This document shows positions 9,275 through 17,958 of a DNA stretch of 32,000 nt, one piece after another. Each line of letters starts with the position of its first letter. Position 1 is the first letter of the stretch. Location of the stretch: NCBI RefSeq assembly GCF_001457595.1, contig NZ_LN831039.1, positions 2,220,001-2,252,000 on the forward strand. The letters are read 5' to 3'. The position numbers were made by a program, and so were the translations under genes. The notes under the pieces were generated by a model that ran no database searches, was not told where the DNA came from, and worked only from the letters and a program-made list of their open reading frames with translations. The stretch is from Mycolicibacterium smegmatis. Its GTDB lineage: Bacteria; Actinomycetota; Actinomycetes; Mycobacteriales; Mycobacteriaceae.

Positions 9275-10273
9275 CTAGAAGCCGCCGGCGACCTTCACGA
9301 CGGCCCGGCCGGCGTAGCGGCCGGCGCGTACCTCGTCGATCACACCGACCACGTCCTTGATGTCGACCTCGTGCGTCACGTCGTCGAGGTGGCGGGGCTT
9401 GAGGGGACCGCCGAGTTTCTCCCACAGCGCGCGACGCGGCCCGATCGGCATCTGCACCGAGTCGATGCCGAGCAGCGCCACCCCGCGCAGGATGAACGGC
9501 ATCACCGTCGTGTGGAGCGCCACGCCGCCCGTGAGTCCGCTCGCGGCCACCGCGCCGCCGTACTTGAGGGTGCTGAGCACGTCGGCGAGCGTGGCGCCGC
9601 CGACGCAGTCGACCGCCGCGGCCCACTGTGCACGTGCCAGCGGGCGGGGCTTGGCGTCCGGATCGGCGGGCAGCCTGCCGATCACCTCGGCCGCCCCGAG
9701 CGCGCGGAGTTCGTCGGCGCGGTCGGCCTTACCGGTCGAGGCCACGACGTGATAGCCCAGCGCGGAGAGCAGATCGACACCCACCGAGCCGACCCCACCG
9801 GTCGCGCCAGTGACCACGACGGGGCCGTCGTCGGGTGTGATGCCCCGGGCGGTGATGGCCTCCACGCTCATCGCCGCGGTGAACCCGGCGGTGCCGATCG
9901 CCGCGCCTTCGCGTGGCGTCAACGCGCCCAGCGCGACAATCTGATCCGCAGGCAGGCGCGCGTACTCGGCGTAGCCGCCGTGGTGGCCGGTGCCGATGTC
10001 GTAGCCGTGCGCGAGTACCAGATCACCCACCGCGAACTCGGGCGAATCTGACGCCACCACCTCACCGGTGAGGTCGATGCCCGGCACCACCGGATATTCG
10101 CGCACCACACCGCCTTTGGGGGTCAGCGCGAGCGCGTCCTTGAAGTTCACGCTGGAGTACAGCACGCGGATGGTGACCTCGCCCGGCGGCAGCGCCGAAG
10201 GCTCGAGGGTTTCCAAACCGGCCTCGACGCGGTCGCCGTCCGTCCGTGCCACCAATGCCTGAAACGATTCCAT
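9275..10273 (-). CDS. NADPH:quinone oxidoreductase / YhdH-AcuI type MDR-family oxidoreductase
   Basis: The ORF is open to 10306. I prefer ATG at 10273, preceded by GAGGGG. MESFQALV...GEVTIRVLYSSVNFKDALA...PVVPGIDLTGEVV...VVVTGATGGVGS is typical of the YhdH/acrylyl-CoA reductase subgroup of medium-chain dehydrogenases. Confidence 0.8.
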   Translation of the reverse strand: MESFQALVARTDGDRVEAGLETLEPSALPPGEVTIRVLYSSVNFKDALALTPKGGVVREYPVVPGIDLTGEVVASDSPEFAVGDLVLAHGYDIGTGHHGGYAEYARLPADQIVALGALTPREGAAIGTAGFTAAMSVEAITARGITPDDGPVVVTGATGGVGSVGVDLLSALGYHVVASTGKADRADELRALGAAEVIGRLPADPDAKPRPLARAQWAAAVDCVGGATLADVLSTLKYGGAVAASGLTGGVALHTTVMPFILRGVALLGIDSVQMPIGPRRALWEKLGGPLKPRHLDDVTHEVDIKDVVGVIDEVRAGRYAGRAVVKVAGGF

Positions 10274-10301
10274 GCCCCTCACCATATCCCTGGCGAGCAG
10301 A

Positions 10302-10343
10302 CGCAAAACTGCTCAAAATTGCACGGTTTCGTGCAGTTTTGCG
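10302..10343. promoter_or_regulatory. Nested/alternative inverted repeats (terminator or operator) between fadE23-like stop and oxidoreductase start
   Basis: CGCAAAACTGC (10302-10312) and its near copy CAAAATTGCACG (10314-10325) can each pair with the same right arm, CGTGCAGTTTTGCG (10330-10343). Confidence 0.35.
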
Positions 10344-10362
10344 TGTGCTCGGCGGGACGGGG

Positions 10363-11583
10363 CTACTTCAGTTCGGCGGAGGTCAGGCCCAGCAACCGCC
10401 GCGCCACGACGAGTTGCTGGATCTGCTGCGTGCCCTCGAAGATGTCGAGGATCTTGGAATCACGCGCCCACTTCTCCAACAGGGTCTGCTCGGAATAGCC
10501 TGTGGTGCCCGCCATTTCGACGGCCTTGAGCGTGATGTCGCTGGCCACCCGGGCGGCCTTGGCCTTGCCCATCGAGGCTTCCTTGGAGTTGGGGATGTTG
10601 TTGTCGGCCTGCCACGCCGAGCGGACCGTCAACAGGTAGCCGGCCTCCCAGTCGGCCTCCATGCGCAGGAACTCCGCGGCCGCGGCGCTCTGCGCGTGGG
10701 CGGGCTTGTCGTAGGAGATCTCCACCCCGGCGTCGGTGAGGATCGCGCGCAGGTCCTCTAGCGCCGCGCGGGCGATGCCGACGGCCATGGCCGCGACGAT
10801 GGGCCGGGTGTTGTCGAAGGTCTCCATGACCCCGGCGAAACCCTTCTCCACATGGATTTCCGGGTCGCCCAGCAGGTTGTCCTTGGGGATGCGGACGTTC
10901 TCGAAGCGGATCACCGCGGTGTCGGAGGCCTTGATGCCCAGCTTGCGCTCGAGACGTTCGACGGTGACGCCGGGATGCTCACGCGGCACGATGAACGACT
11001 TGATCGCCGCACGGCCCAGCGACTTGTCCAGCGTCGCCCACACCACGATGTGGGTGGCACGCGAACCCGCGGTGACGAAGATCTTCTCGCCGTTGATCAC
11101 GTACTCGTCGCCGTCGAGCACCGCGGTGGTCGACACCGCGGCCGAGTCGGAGCCGAATCCCGGTTCGGTGATGGCCATCGCGGCCCACACGTCCTTGCCC
11201 AGACGCTCCAGCTGTTCGGGCGTCGCGACCGAGGAGATGGCCGCGTTGCCCAGGCCCTGGCGCGGCACCGACAGCAGCAGCGCCACATCGCCCCAGCTGA
11301 TCTCCAGAGCGTTCAGCAACGCAGACATGTTGGCGCCGTTGACCGTCGCGTCCTTGCCGGAGCCGTTGGCGTCGTCGCGGAACGCCTCGGCGCCCGCGAA
11401 CGAGATGGTCTTGGCGCTCGAGATGCCCTCGAACAGGTTGGCCAGGGTGTCGAGCTCGACCGGGTAGGCGTGCTCGGCGAGGTCGTACTTGCGCGAGATG
11501 GGCCGCAGCATCTCCGCGGCGCCCTGATGGCCCTTCTCGACGACTGCCTGAAGCTTGCGGGGCAGTTCCAGATTGATTGCCAT
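10363..11583 (-). CDS. fadE23: Acyl-CoA dehydrogenase, FadE23-like
   Basis: The true start is taken as ATG at 11583 (MAINLELPRKLQ...). The upstream 97 codons of the track ORF are Arg-rich and overlap the preceding gene. ACAD motifs: ITEPGFGSDSAA and ILDIFEGTQQIQQLVVARRLLG (catalytic Glu). At 406 aa and sitting downstream of a FadE24-like gene and hisN, it matches the Rv3137-Rv3140 arrangement as I recall it. Confidence 0.85.
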   Translation of the reverse strand: MAINLELPRKLQAVVEKGHQGAAEMLRPISRKYDLAEHAYPVELDTLANLFEGISSAKTISFAGAEAFRDDANGSGKDATVNGANMSALLNALEISWGDVALLLSVPRQGLGNAAISSVATPEQLERLGKDVWAAMAITEPGFGSDSAAVSTTAVLDGDEYVINGEKIFVTAGSRATHIVVWATLDKSLGRAAIKSFIVPREHPGVTVERLERKLGIKASDTAVIRFENVRIPKDNLLGDPEIHVEKGFAGVMETFDNTRPIVAAMAVGIARAALEDLRAILTDAGVEISYDKPAHAQSAAAAEFLRMEADWEAGYLLTVRSAWQADNNIPNSKEASMGKAKAARVASDITLKAVEMAGTTGYSEQTLLEKWARDSKILDIFEGTQQIQQLVVARRLLGLTSAELK

Positions 11584-11618
11584 GATCAGTCTTTCGGTTG
11601 GTTCGAAACTCGGATCGG

Positions 11619-13016
11619 TTAGATGACCACGACACCTTCGGCGATGCCGATGGCCCGCAGATCGCGGTACCAGCGCTCGACCGGGTGCTCCTTGGTGTAG
11701 CCGTGGCCGCCGAGCAGCTGCACACCGTCCAGGCCGATCTGCATGCCCTTGTCGGCACCGAGCTTGCGCGCGAGGGCGGCCTCGCGGGCGAACGGCAGGC
11801 CCTGCTCGGCGCGCGCCGCGCCGCGCCACGTGATCAGCCGCAGACCGTCGAGTTCGATCGCGATGTTGGCGCACATGAACGCCACCGACTGCCGGTGCGC
11901 GATCGGCTCACCGAACGCGTGGCGTTCCTTGACGTAGGGGACGACGTAGTCGAGCACCGCGTGCGACGTGCCGACCGCCAGTGCGGCCCAGCCGAGCCGG
12001 GCCAGCGCGATCGCCTCCGAGTAGTCCTGATCGGTCGCGCCGTCCTCGCCCAGGCGGGCGCTGAGCGGAACCGTGACGTTGTCGAGTTCGATCTGACCCA
12101 GCGCGGCGGCCCGCAGGCCCATGCTGCGGTCGGCCTTGACGCTCAGGCCCTTCGACGACGCCTCGACGATGAACAGCGCCGGCTTGCCGTTGAATTGCGC
12201 GGCGACGATGAACAATTCGGCATCCGCGGCGGCCGGGACCAGCGACTTGACACCGGACAGACGGTAGCCGCTCGGCGTGCGGACCGCGGTGGTCTTGAGT
12301 TCGGTCGGGTCGAACAGGGCGTGTGGTTCGGCGATCACGACGCTGGACTGCGGGACGTTGTCGCCGGCGTACTCCTTGAGGTAGGTCGCCTGCTGATCTG
12401 CGCTGCCCCAGTGTGTCAGTGCGGATGCGACGCCGCCGGGCGCCAGGATGGGCAGGGCCAGGCCCATGTCGCCGTACGCCAGCGCCTCGGCGACCAGGGC
12501 ATTGGTCACCGTCGAGCGGTGCTCGGCGATGCCCTCGAAATCTTCGGGCACGTTGACCGCCGTGATGCCCAGTTCGGCAGCCTTGGCGATCAGATCCGGG
12601 GGATAGGTGGCGGCTTCGTCGGCCTCTTCGGCGGCGGGGCGCAGGATCTCGGCGGCGAACTCGTTGACCGTCTCGACGATCATCTTCTGGTCGTCGTCGG
12701 GGGTCAGGTCGAACAGGTCGGCGCCGCTGGCCTTGAGCCGGGTGGGCGCCTTGCCGATCCCCTGGATGCGCTTGAACTGCCGGGTGGTCGCACCCGCAGT
12801 CGAAAAGACCTGCTTCACACCGTATTTCAGACCCCGGTTGAGCGGGTCGCGCAGGCCGTAGCGGTCCAGCCATTCCTGCCCCACGATCGGGGTGATGAGC
12901 GCGAGGCCGATGTCGGTCGCGGTCCGCTTGTGCTTCTGCAGGCCCACGGCGCTTTCGTGGCCGGAGCGCTTCGGACGGGTTACAGAGCCGTTCTTGGACG
13001 GCAGGGTGTTGGTCAT
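11619..13016 (-). CDS. fadE24: Acyl-CoA dehydrogenase, FadE24-like, with a long basic N-terminal extension
   Basis: ATG at 13016 (AGAGG 9 nt upstream) gives 465 aa. The ACAD core starts near LFDLTPDDDQKMIVETVNEFAAE. The C-terminus GGHGYTKEHPVERWYRDLRAIGIAEGVVVI ends 5 residues after the Glu position. The stop lies 35 nt upstream of the fadE23-like start. Confidence 0.82.
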   Translation of the reverse strand: MTNTLPSKNGSVTRPKRSGHESAVGLQKHKRTATDIGLALITPIVGQEWLDRYGLRDPLNRGLKYGVKQVFSTAGATTRQFKRIQGIGKAPTRLKASGADLFDLTPDDDQKMIVETVNEFAAEILRPAAEEADEAATYPPDLIAKAAELGITAVNVPEDFEGIAEHRSTVTNALVAEALAYGDMGLALPILAPGGVASALTHWGSADQQATYLKEYAGDNVPQSSVVIAEPHALFDPTELKTTAVRTPSGYRLSGVKSLVPAAADAELFIVAAQFNGKPALFIVEASSKGLSVKADRSMGLRAAALGQIELDNVTVPLSARLGEDGATDQDYSEAIALARLGWAALAVGTSHAVLDYVVPYVKERHAFGEPIAHRQSVAFMCANIAIELDGLRLITWRGAARAEQGLPFAREAALARKLGADKGMQIGLDGVQLLGGHGYTKEHPVERWYRDLRAIGIAEGVVVI

Positions 13017-13051
13017 TGTCAGCTGCCTCTGGTTGGTCGTGGCGACGCTTC

Positions 13052-13087
13052 TGAACGCTATCTTACTCCAGAGTAAGATAGCGTTCA
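13052..13087. promoter_or_regulatory. Perfect 36-bp palindrome, candidate operator overlapping the fadE24 promoter (or I-shaped terminator of hisN)
   Basis: The sequence is TGAACGCTATCTTACTC CA GAGTAAGATAGCGTTCA. The 17-nt arms are exact reverse complements and AT-rich (7/17 GC) in a GC-rich genome. The element lies 35 nt upstream of ATG 13016. On the minus strand the arms contain the TANNNT hexamers TATCTT and TAAGAT. Confidence 0.5.
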
Positions 13088-13133
13088 CCTGTAACCAACC
13101 TCACAGCCGTCCCGGATCTCGCCGGGCCCGCGC

Positions 13134-13916
13134 TCAGCGCACGGCCAGCCTGCTCACCACGGCGTCGTGCAGCAGTCCGTTGGTGGCCAGCGCGCTGCCG
13201 CCGTGCGGGCCGTCGGTGCCATCGATGCTGGTGAACGTGCCGCCGGCCTCGCGGATCAGGATGTCGAGCGGCGCGATGTCCCACAGCTTGACCTCGGGTT
13301 CGCACGCGATGTCGACGGAACCCTCGGCGACCATGCAGTAGGACCAGAAGTCGCCGTAGGCCCGCACTCGCCACACCGCGTCGGTCAGTTCCACGAAGCG
13401 CTCCCGGCGGTCGTCCCAGCCCGTGGTCAGGTCCGAGTAGGACAGGCTCGCCGCCGACAGGTCGCTGACACCCGACACCGACAGTTTGCGTGTCGTGCCG
13501 TTGAACGACCCGAATGCGCCCTGCCCCTCGGCGGCCCACCACCGGCGGGCCAGTGCCGGGGCGCTGACCACGCCGAGGGTGGGCACACCGTCATCCAGCA
13601 GCGCGATGAGCGTGCACCACACCGGCACGCCGCGCACGAAGTTCTTGGTGCCGTCGATCGGGTCGATGACCCACTGCCGGCCCGTCGAAGCCGTTGTGCC
13701 GCCGAACTCCTCACCGAACACGGTGTCGGCGGGCCGGGCCTGCGCCAGTGCCGCGCGCAGCGTTTCCTCCGCGCCGCGGTCGGCGTCGGTGACCGGGGTG
13801 AGGTCGGGTTTGGTCTCCACGCGCAGATCCAGCGCGCCGAACCGGTCCATGGTGAGGGCGTCGGCCTGATCGGCCAGTTCGAGTGCGAGTGTGAGGTCAT
13901 CTGCGACGGTGCTCAT
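13134..13916 (-). CDS. hisN: Inositol-monophosphatase-family histidinol-phosphatase (HisN-like)
   Basis: 260 aa. [16 protein letters not shown]...FGEEFG...[17 protein letters not shown]...[15 protein letters not shown] are the IMPase family metal-binding motifs. The size and the position upstream of fadE24 match Rv3137, which I recall was reported as HisN. Confidence 0.75.
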   Translation of the reverse strand: MSTVADDLTLALELADQADALTMDRFGALDLRVETKPDLTPVTDADRGAEETLRAALAQARPADTVFGEEFGGTTASTGRQWVIDPIDGTKNFVRGVPVWCTLIALLDDGVPTLGVVSAPALARRWWAAEGQGAFGSFNGTTRKLSVSGVSDLSAASLSYSDLTTGWDDRRERFVELTDAVWRVRAYGDFWSYCMVAEGSVDIACEPEVKLWDIAPLDILIREAGGTFTSIDGTDGPHGGSALATNGLLHDAVVSRLAVR

Positions 13917-13939
13917 GGCTGCAGTCCTACCATGGCGGG

Positions 13940-14320
13940 GTGTGGGAATTCGGCATCCTGTTGCTGCTGGTGGGCGCGTTGGTCCTGTTGCTGGCTCCGC
14001 GGATCATGCGCCGCCGCGGCATACGCGGTGAACTCGCGCACGGCACCCTGCTGGTGACCGGCGTGAGTCCACGGCCGGACGCCACGGGGGAGCAGTTCGT
14101 CACCATCACCGGCGTCATCAGCGGCCCGACGGTGCGAGAGCATGTCGTGTATCAGCGGATGGCCGTCGACGTGAACGACTGGCCGAGCATGGGCGCGCTG
14201 TTCCCGGTGGTGTATTCGCCGAACAACCCGGACAAGTGGGCGTTCGCACCGACCGACACGCCGCCACCGTCCTCGCCTCCGCCCCCGCCGCCGCGGCCGT
14301 ACGAACCGCCGCCGGTCTAG
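13940..14320 (+). CDS. Small membrane-anchored hypothetical protein with a Pro-rich C-terminus
   Basis: 126 aa with a GTG start. It has an N-terminal TM helix ([19 protein letters not shown]) followed by RRRG, and a C-terminal [21 protein letters not shown]3 is strong throughout. There is no family assignment. Confidence 0.55.
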   Translation: MWEFGILLLLVGALVLLLAPRIMRRRGIRGELAHGTLLVTGVSPRPDATGEQFVTITGVISGPTVREHVVYQRMAVDVNDWPSMGALFPVVYSPNNPDKWAFAPTDTPPPSSPPPPPPRPYEPPPV

Positions 14321-14342
14321 AGTCCGCCGAGCGCGCGGGAAT

Positions 14343-15710
14343 TCAGCCGTGGCCCACGCGCAGCAGTTCAGCCACGCTCGCCAGCTTCACCCGGGGTCGG
14401 CCGGTCGGTTCGCCCGCGGCGCGCTCGTAGTCGTCGATCAGCTTCCAGTGATCGCCCGTGACCACCTTGGGCTGACGTTCCAGCAACCACGCCGCGAGCT
14501 TCTCGGCGTGGTCGGGCCCGCGCTGGGGCAGCCGGGCCGCGGCGAGGTCGTCGAGCAGGGTGTTGACGGTGTCCTGTGAGTCCTTCTTGTTGCTGCCGAT
14601 GACGCCGGACGGTCCGCGCTTGATCCAGCCCACCACGTACTCGTTGGCGCTGCCCTCGACGCGGCCGTCGGTGTGCGGGATGGTGCCCGAACGCTCGTCG
14701 AACGGCAGGCCTGGAGTCGGCACGCCGCGGTATCCGACCGCACGCACCACCAGCTGTGCCGGCAGTTCTTCGCGCTCACCGGTGTCCTTGGCCACCATCC
14801 TGCCGTCGGCGCCGCGCACGAGTTCGTTGCGTCCCAACACGATCGATTCCACGCGGTCCTCGCCGCGCAGCTCGATCGGTGAGGTGAAGAACCGGAACAC
14901 GATGCGCCGCTTGGCGCCTCGCGGTTCCCGCTCGGCGTAACCGCGCAGCACCTTGATGTTCTGCTTGACGGTCTTGCCCGCGGCTTCGAGATCCTCGTCG
15001 GTGATGTCGGCGAAATCGGCCGGATCCAGGATCACGTCGACGTCGCCGAGGCCCTCCATGTCGCCGAGTTCACGCAACTCCAGCGTGGTGAACGTCGCCT
15101 GCAGCGGACCACGCCGGCCGAGCACCACGACCTCGTCCACACCGCGCGCGTCCAGCTTGTCCAGCGCATGGTCGGCAATGTCGGTGTTGGCCAACGCCTT
15201 CGGATCGCTGACCAGGATGCGTGCGACATCGAGTGCGACGTTGCCGTTGCCGACCACCACGGCGCGCCCGCCGGAGAGATCGGGCGCCATCTCGCGGAAA
15301 TGCGGATGCGCGTTGTACCAACCCACGAAGTCGACGGCCGCGACGCTGCCCGGCAGCTCCTCGCCGGGGATGTTCAGCGCGCGGTCGGACTGTGCGCCGG
15401 TGGCGTAGACGACGGCGTCGTAGCGTTCGGCGAGTTCGCCCGGTTGGACGTGCTCACCGACCCGGACGTTGCCGAAGAACCGGAAGCGGGGGTCGGCCGC
15501 GGTCTTCTCGAACTGGGCGCTGATCGACTTGATCTTCGGATGGTCGGGAGCGACGCCGGAGCGCACCAGACCCCACGGGGTCGGCAGCATCTCGAGCATG
15601 TCCACGCGGACATCGCGGTCGGGTTGAGAGTCGGCAAACTTCAGCAGCGATGCGGCAGCAAAGAATCCGGAGGGTCCTGAGCCGACGATCGCTACGTGGT
15701 ACGGGCGCAT
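14343..15710 (-). CDS. fprA: NADPH-ferredoxin (adrenodoxin-type) reductase FprA
   Basis: I prefer ATG at 15710, giving MRPYHVAIVGSGPSGFFAAASLLK (FAD GxGxxG) and 455 aa, similar in length to M. tuberculosis FprA as I recall it. There is a second NADP fold at AVVVGNGNVALDVARIL. The gene is divergent from prfB, as Rv3106 is from Rv3105c. Confidence 0.9.
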   Translation of the reverse strand: MRPYHVAIVGSGPSGFFAAASLLKFADSQPDRDVRVDMLEMLPTPWGLVRSGVAPDHPKIKSISAQFEKTAADPRFRFFGNVRVGEHVQPGELAERYDAVVYATGAQSDRALNIPGEELPGSVAAVDFVGWYNAHPHFREMAPDLSGGRAVVVGNGNVALDVARILVSDPKALANTDIADHALDKLDARGVDEVVVLGRRGPLQATFTTLELRELGDMEGLGDVDVILDPADFADITDEDLEAAGKTVKQNIKVLRGYAEREPRGAKRRIVFRFFTSPIELRGEDRVESIVLGRNELVRGADGRMVAKDTGEREELPAQLVVRAVGYRGVPTPGLPFDERSGTIPHTDGRVEGSANEYVVGWIKRGPSGVIGSNKKDSQDTVNTLLDDLAAARLPQRGPDHAEKLAAWLLERQPKVVTGDHWKLIDDYERAAGEPTGRPRVKLASVAELLRVGHG

Positions 15711-15881
15711 ACGGTGCCTAACTGAGCTCGACAACAAGCCTTCTGTCACTCGTCCCGCCACGTGCAAAGGGCTGTCGCGACGTGGGAGGACGGGGTACAC
15801 CCGATGCTAAACGCGGATTCGCAACCCTGCGGGAGGTCGCGAGAAACGTCTCTCAACTGCAGCCAGGTAACCTGAACTTCC

Positions 15882-16988
15882 GTGGATCCTGACCGTCAAG
15901 CAGACATCGCCGCACTCGACACCACTCTGACGACCGTGGAGCGGGTGCTCGACGTGGACGGGCTCCGTAACCGCATCGAACAACTCGAGAAGGACGCCTC
16001 CGACCCCAACCTGTGGGACGACCAGACGCGGGCCCAGAAGGTCACCAGCGATCTGTCCCACGCGCAGAACGAACTGCGCCGTGTCGAGGGCCTGCGCCAG
16101 CGGTTGGACGACCTGCCGGTGCTCTACGAGCTGGCCGCCGAAGCAGGCGGCCCCGACGAGGTCGCCGAGGCCGACGCCGAGCTCGCCAAGCTGCGCGAGG
16201 ACATCGAGGCGATGGAGGTCCGCACGCTGCTGTCGGGTGAGTACGACGAGCGCGAGGCCGTCGTCACGATCCGGTCGGGCGCCGGTGGCGTCGACGCCGC
16301 GGACTGGGCCGAGATGCTGATGCGCATGTACATCCGCTGGGCCGAGAAGCACGACTACCCCGTGGAGATCTTCGACACCTCCTACGCCGAAGAGGCGGGC
16401 ATCAAGAGCGCGACCTTCGCGGTGCACGCGCCGTTCGCCTACGGCACGCTCTCGGTCGAGCAAGGCACCCACCGCCTGGTGCGCATCAGCCCGTTCGACA
16501 ACCAGAGCCGGCGCCAGACGTCGTTCGCCGACGTCGAGGTGCTGCCGGTCGTGGAGACCACCGACCACATCGACATCCCCGAGAACGACCTCCGCGTCGA
16601 TGTCTACCGCTCGTCGGGTCCCGGCGGACAGTCGGTCAACACCACCGATTCCGCGGTCCGGCTGACCCATATCCCCACCGGTATCGTGGTGACCTGCCAG
16701 AACGAGAAGTCGCAGCTGCAGAACAAGGTGTCGGCGATGCGGGTTCTCCAGGCGAAGTTGCTGGAACGCAAGCGGTTGGAGGAACGCGCAGAGCTCGACG
16801 CGCTGAAGGGCGACGGCGGCAGTTCCTGGGGTAATCAGATGCGCTCCTACGTCCTGCACCCGTACCAGATGGTGAAGGATCTGCGCACCGAATACGAGGT
16901 CGGAAACCCAGCATCGGTACTCGACGGAGACATCGACGGATTCCTGGAGGCAGGAATCAGATGGCGCAACAGAAAAGATGACGATTAG
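15882..16988 (+). CDS. prfB: Peptide chain release factor 2
   Basis: 368 aa in one uninterrupted frame. It contains SPF (RISPFDNQ) and GGQ ([25 protein letters not shown]). GTG start. Confidence 0.95.
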   Translation: MDPDRQADIAALDTTLTTVERVLDVDGLRNRIEQLEKDASDPNLWDDQTRAQKVTSDLSHAQNELRRVEGLRQRLDDLPVLYELAAEAGGPDEVAEADAELAKLREDIEAMEVRTLLSGEYDEREAVVTIRSGAGGVDAADWAEMLMRMYIRWAEKHDYPVEIFDTSYAEEAGIKSATFAVHAPFAYGTLSVEQGTHRLVRISPFDNQSRRQTSFADVEVLPVVETTDHIDIPENDLRVDVYRSSGPGGQSVNTTDSAVRLTHIPTGIVVTCQNEKSQLQNKVSAMRVLQAKLLERKRLEERAELDALKGDGGSSWGNQMRSYVLHPYQMVKDLRTEYEVGNPASVLDGDIDGFLEAGIRWRNRKDDD

Positions 16989-17958
16989 CAGCTCGGCGGC
17001 AACCGTTCTCGCCTTCTCGGTGGCCGACCGCTGGCACGACTTCTGGCACGGCGAAATAGGCGTGTGGATCCTGACAAAGGGTCTGCGGATTGCGCTGCTG
17101 CTCATCGGCGGCTTGCTCGCGGCCCGCTTCATCAGCTGGGCCGCGCAGCGCGTGGTGCGCCGCATCGATGCCGAGTACCAGGAGAGCGACCAGCTGGTGC
17201 GCTCGGAGAGCGCCAAGCACCGTCAGGCCGTCGCGTCGGTGATCTCCTGGGTGTCGGTCGCGTTGTTGTTCGTCATCGTGCTGGTCGAGGTGACCGACGT
17301 TCTCGCCGTACCCGTCGCGTCGCTGGTCGCACCGGCCGCCGTGCTCGGTGCGGCGCTCGGTTTCGGTGCACAACGCATCGTGCAGGACCTGCTGGCGGGT
17401 TTCTTCATCATCACCGAGAAGCAGTACGGGTTCGGTGACCTCGTGCGGCTCACGATCGGTGCGAGCAACGAGGCCGAGGGCACCGTCGAAGACGTCACGC
17501 TGCGCGTCACCAAGCTGCGCTCGACCGAAGGGGAGATGTACACGGTCCCCAACGGGCAGATCGTCAAGTCGCTGAACCTGTCGAAGGACTGGGCACGCGC
17601 GGTCGTCGACATCCCGGTGTCGGTGAGCGTCGACCTCAACGTCGTCAACGACGTCCTCAACGAGGTCGCCGAACGCGCCACCGAGGACGCCGAGCTGTCC
17701 AAGCTCGTGCTCGACAAACCTCAGCTGATGGGTGTCGAGAGCATCGGCGTGGACACCGTGAACCTCCGCATGGTCGCGCGCACCCTGCCCGGAAAACAGT
17801 TCGAGGTAGGACGTCGGCTGCGCGTGCGCGTGGTCCGCGCGCTGCGCCGGGCAGGCGTCGTGACGTCGTCTGACGCATCGGTCGCCGCGGCGGGCGACAT
17901 CATCCATCCCGCCGCGGCCGCTGAGGTGCAGATCGCACCGCAGGAGCCGAAGAAGTGA
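16978..17958 (+). CDS. Mechanosensitive ion channel (MscS) family protein
   Basis: 326 aa. TM helices are followed by [29 protein letters not shown]...[26 protein letters not shown], the MscS pore/beta-domain signature. It overlaps the end of prfB by 11 nt. Confidence 0.85.
   Translation: MTISSSAATVLAFSVADRWHDFWHGEIGVWILTKGLRIALLLIGGLLAARFISWAAQRVVRRIDAEYQESDQLVRSESAKHRQAVASVISWVSVALLFVIVLVEVTDVLAVPVASLVAPAAVLGAALGFGAQRIVQDLLAGFFIITEKQYGFGDLVRLTIGASNEAEGTVEDVTLRVTKLRSTEGEMYTVPNGQIVKSLNLSKDWARAVVDIPVSVSVDLNVVNDVLNEVAERATEDAELSKLVLDKPQLMGVESIGVDTVNLRMVARTLPGKQFEVGRRLRVRVVRALRRAGVVTSSDASVAAAGDIIHPAAAAEVQIAPQEPKK

Noticed and set aside
11584-11874. A 97-codon N-terminal extension of the fadE23-like ORF (MRQHRDRTRRSAADH...). 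There are analogous upstream extensions of fprA (to 15800), SBP56 (to 23917), the oxidoreductase (to 10306), the binding protein (to 28766), the ATPase (to 31824) and C45 (to 26926).
   Set aside because: The extensions are Arg-rich, overlap upstream genes or terminators, and lack an RBS. In each case an internal ATG with a good SD gives an N-terminus that matches the family, for example MRPYHVAIVGSGPSG for FprA.
15882-16988. I looked for the programmed +1 frameshift site (CTT TGA C after about 25 codons) that many bacteria use in prfB.
   Set aside because: The whole RF2, from the N-terminus through SPF and GGQ, is in one uninterrupted frame, with no in-frame TGA or SD-like stimulator near codon 25. 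This gene is not autoregulated by frameshifting.
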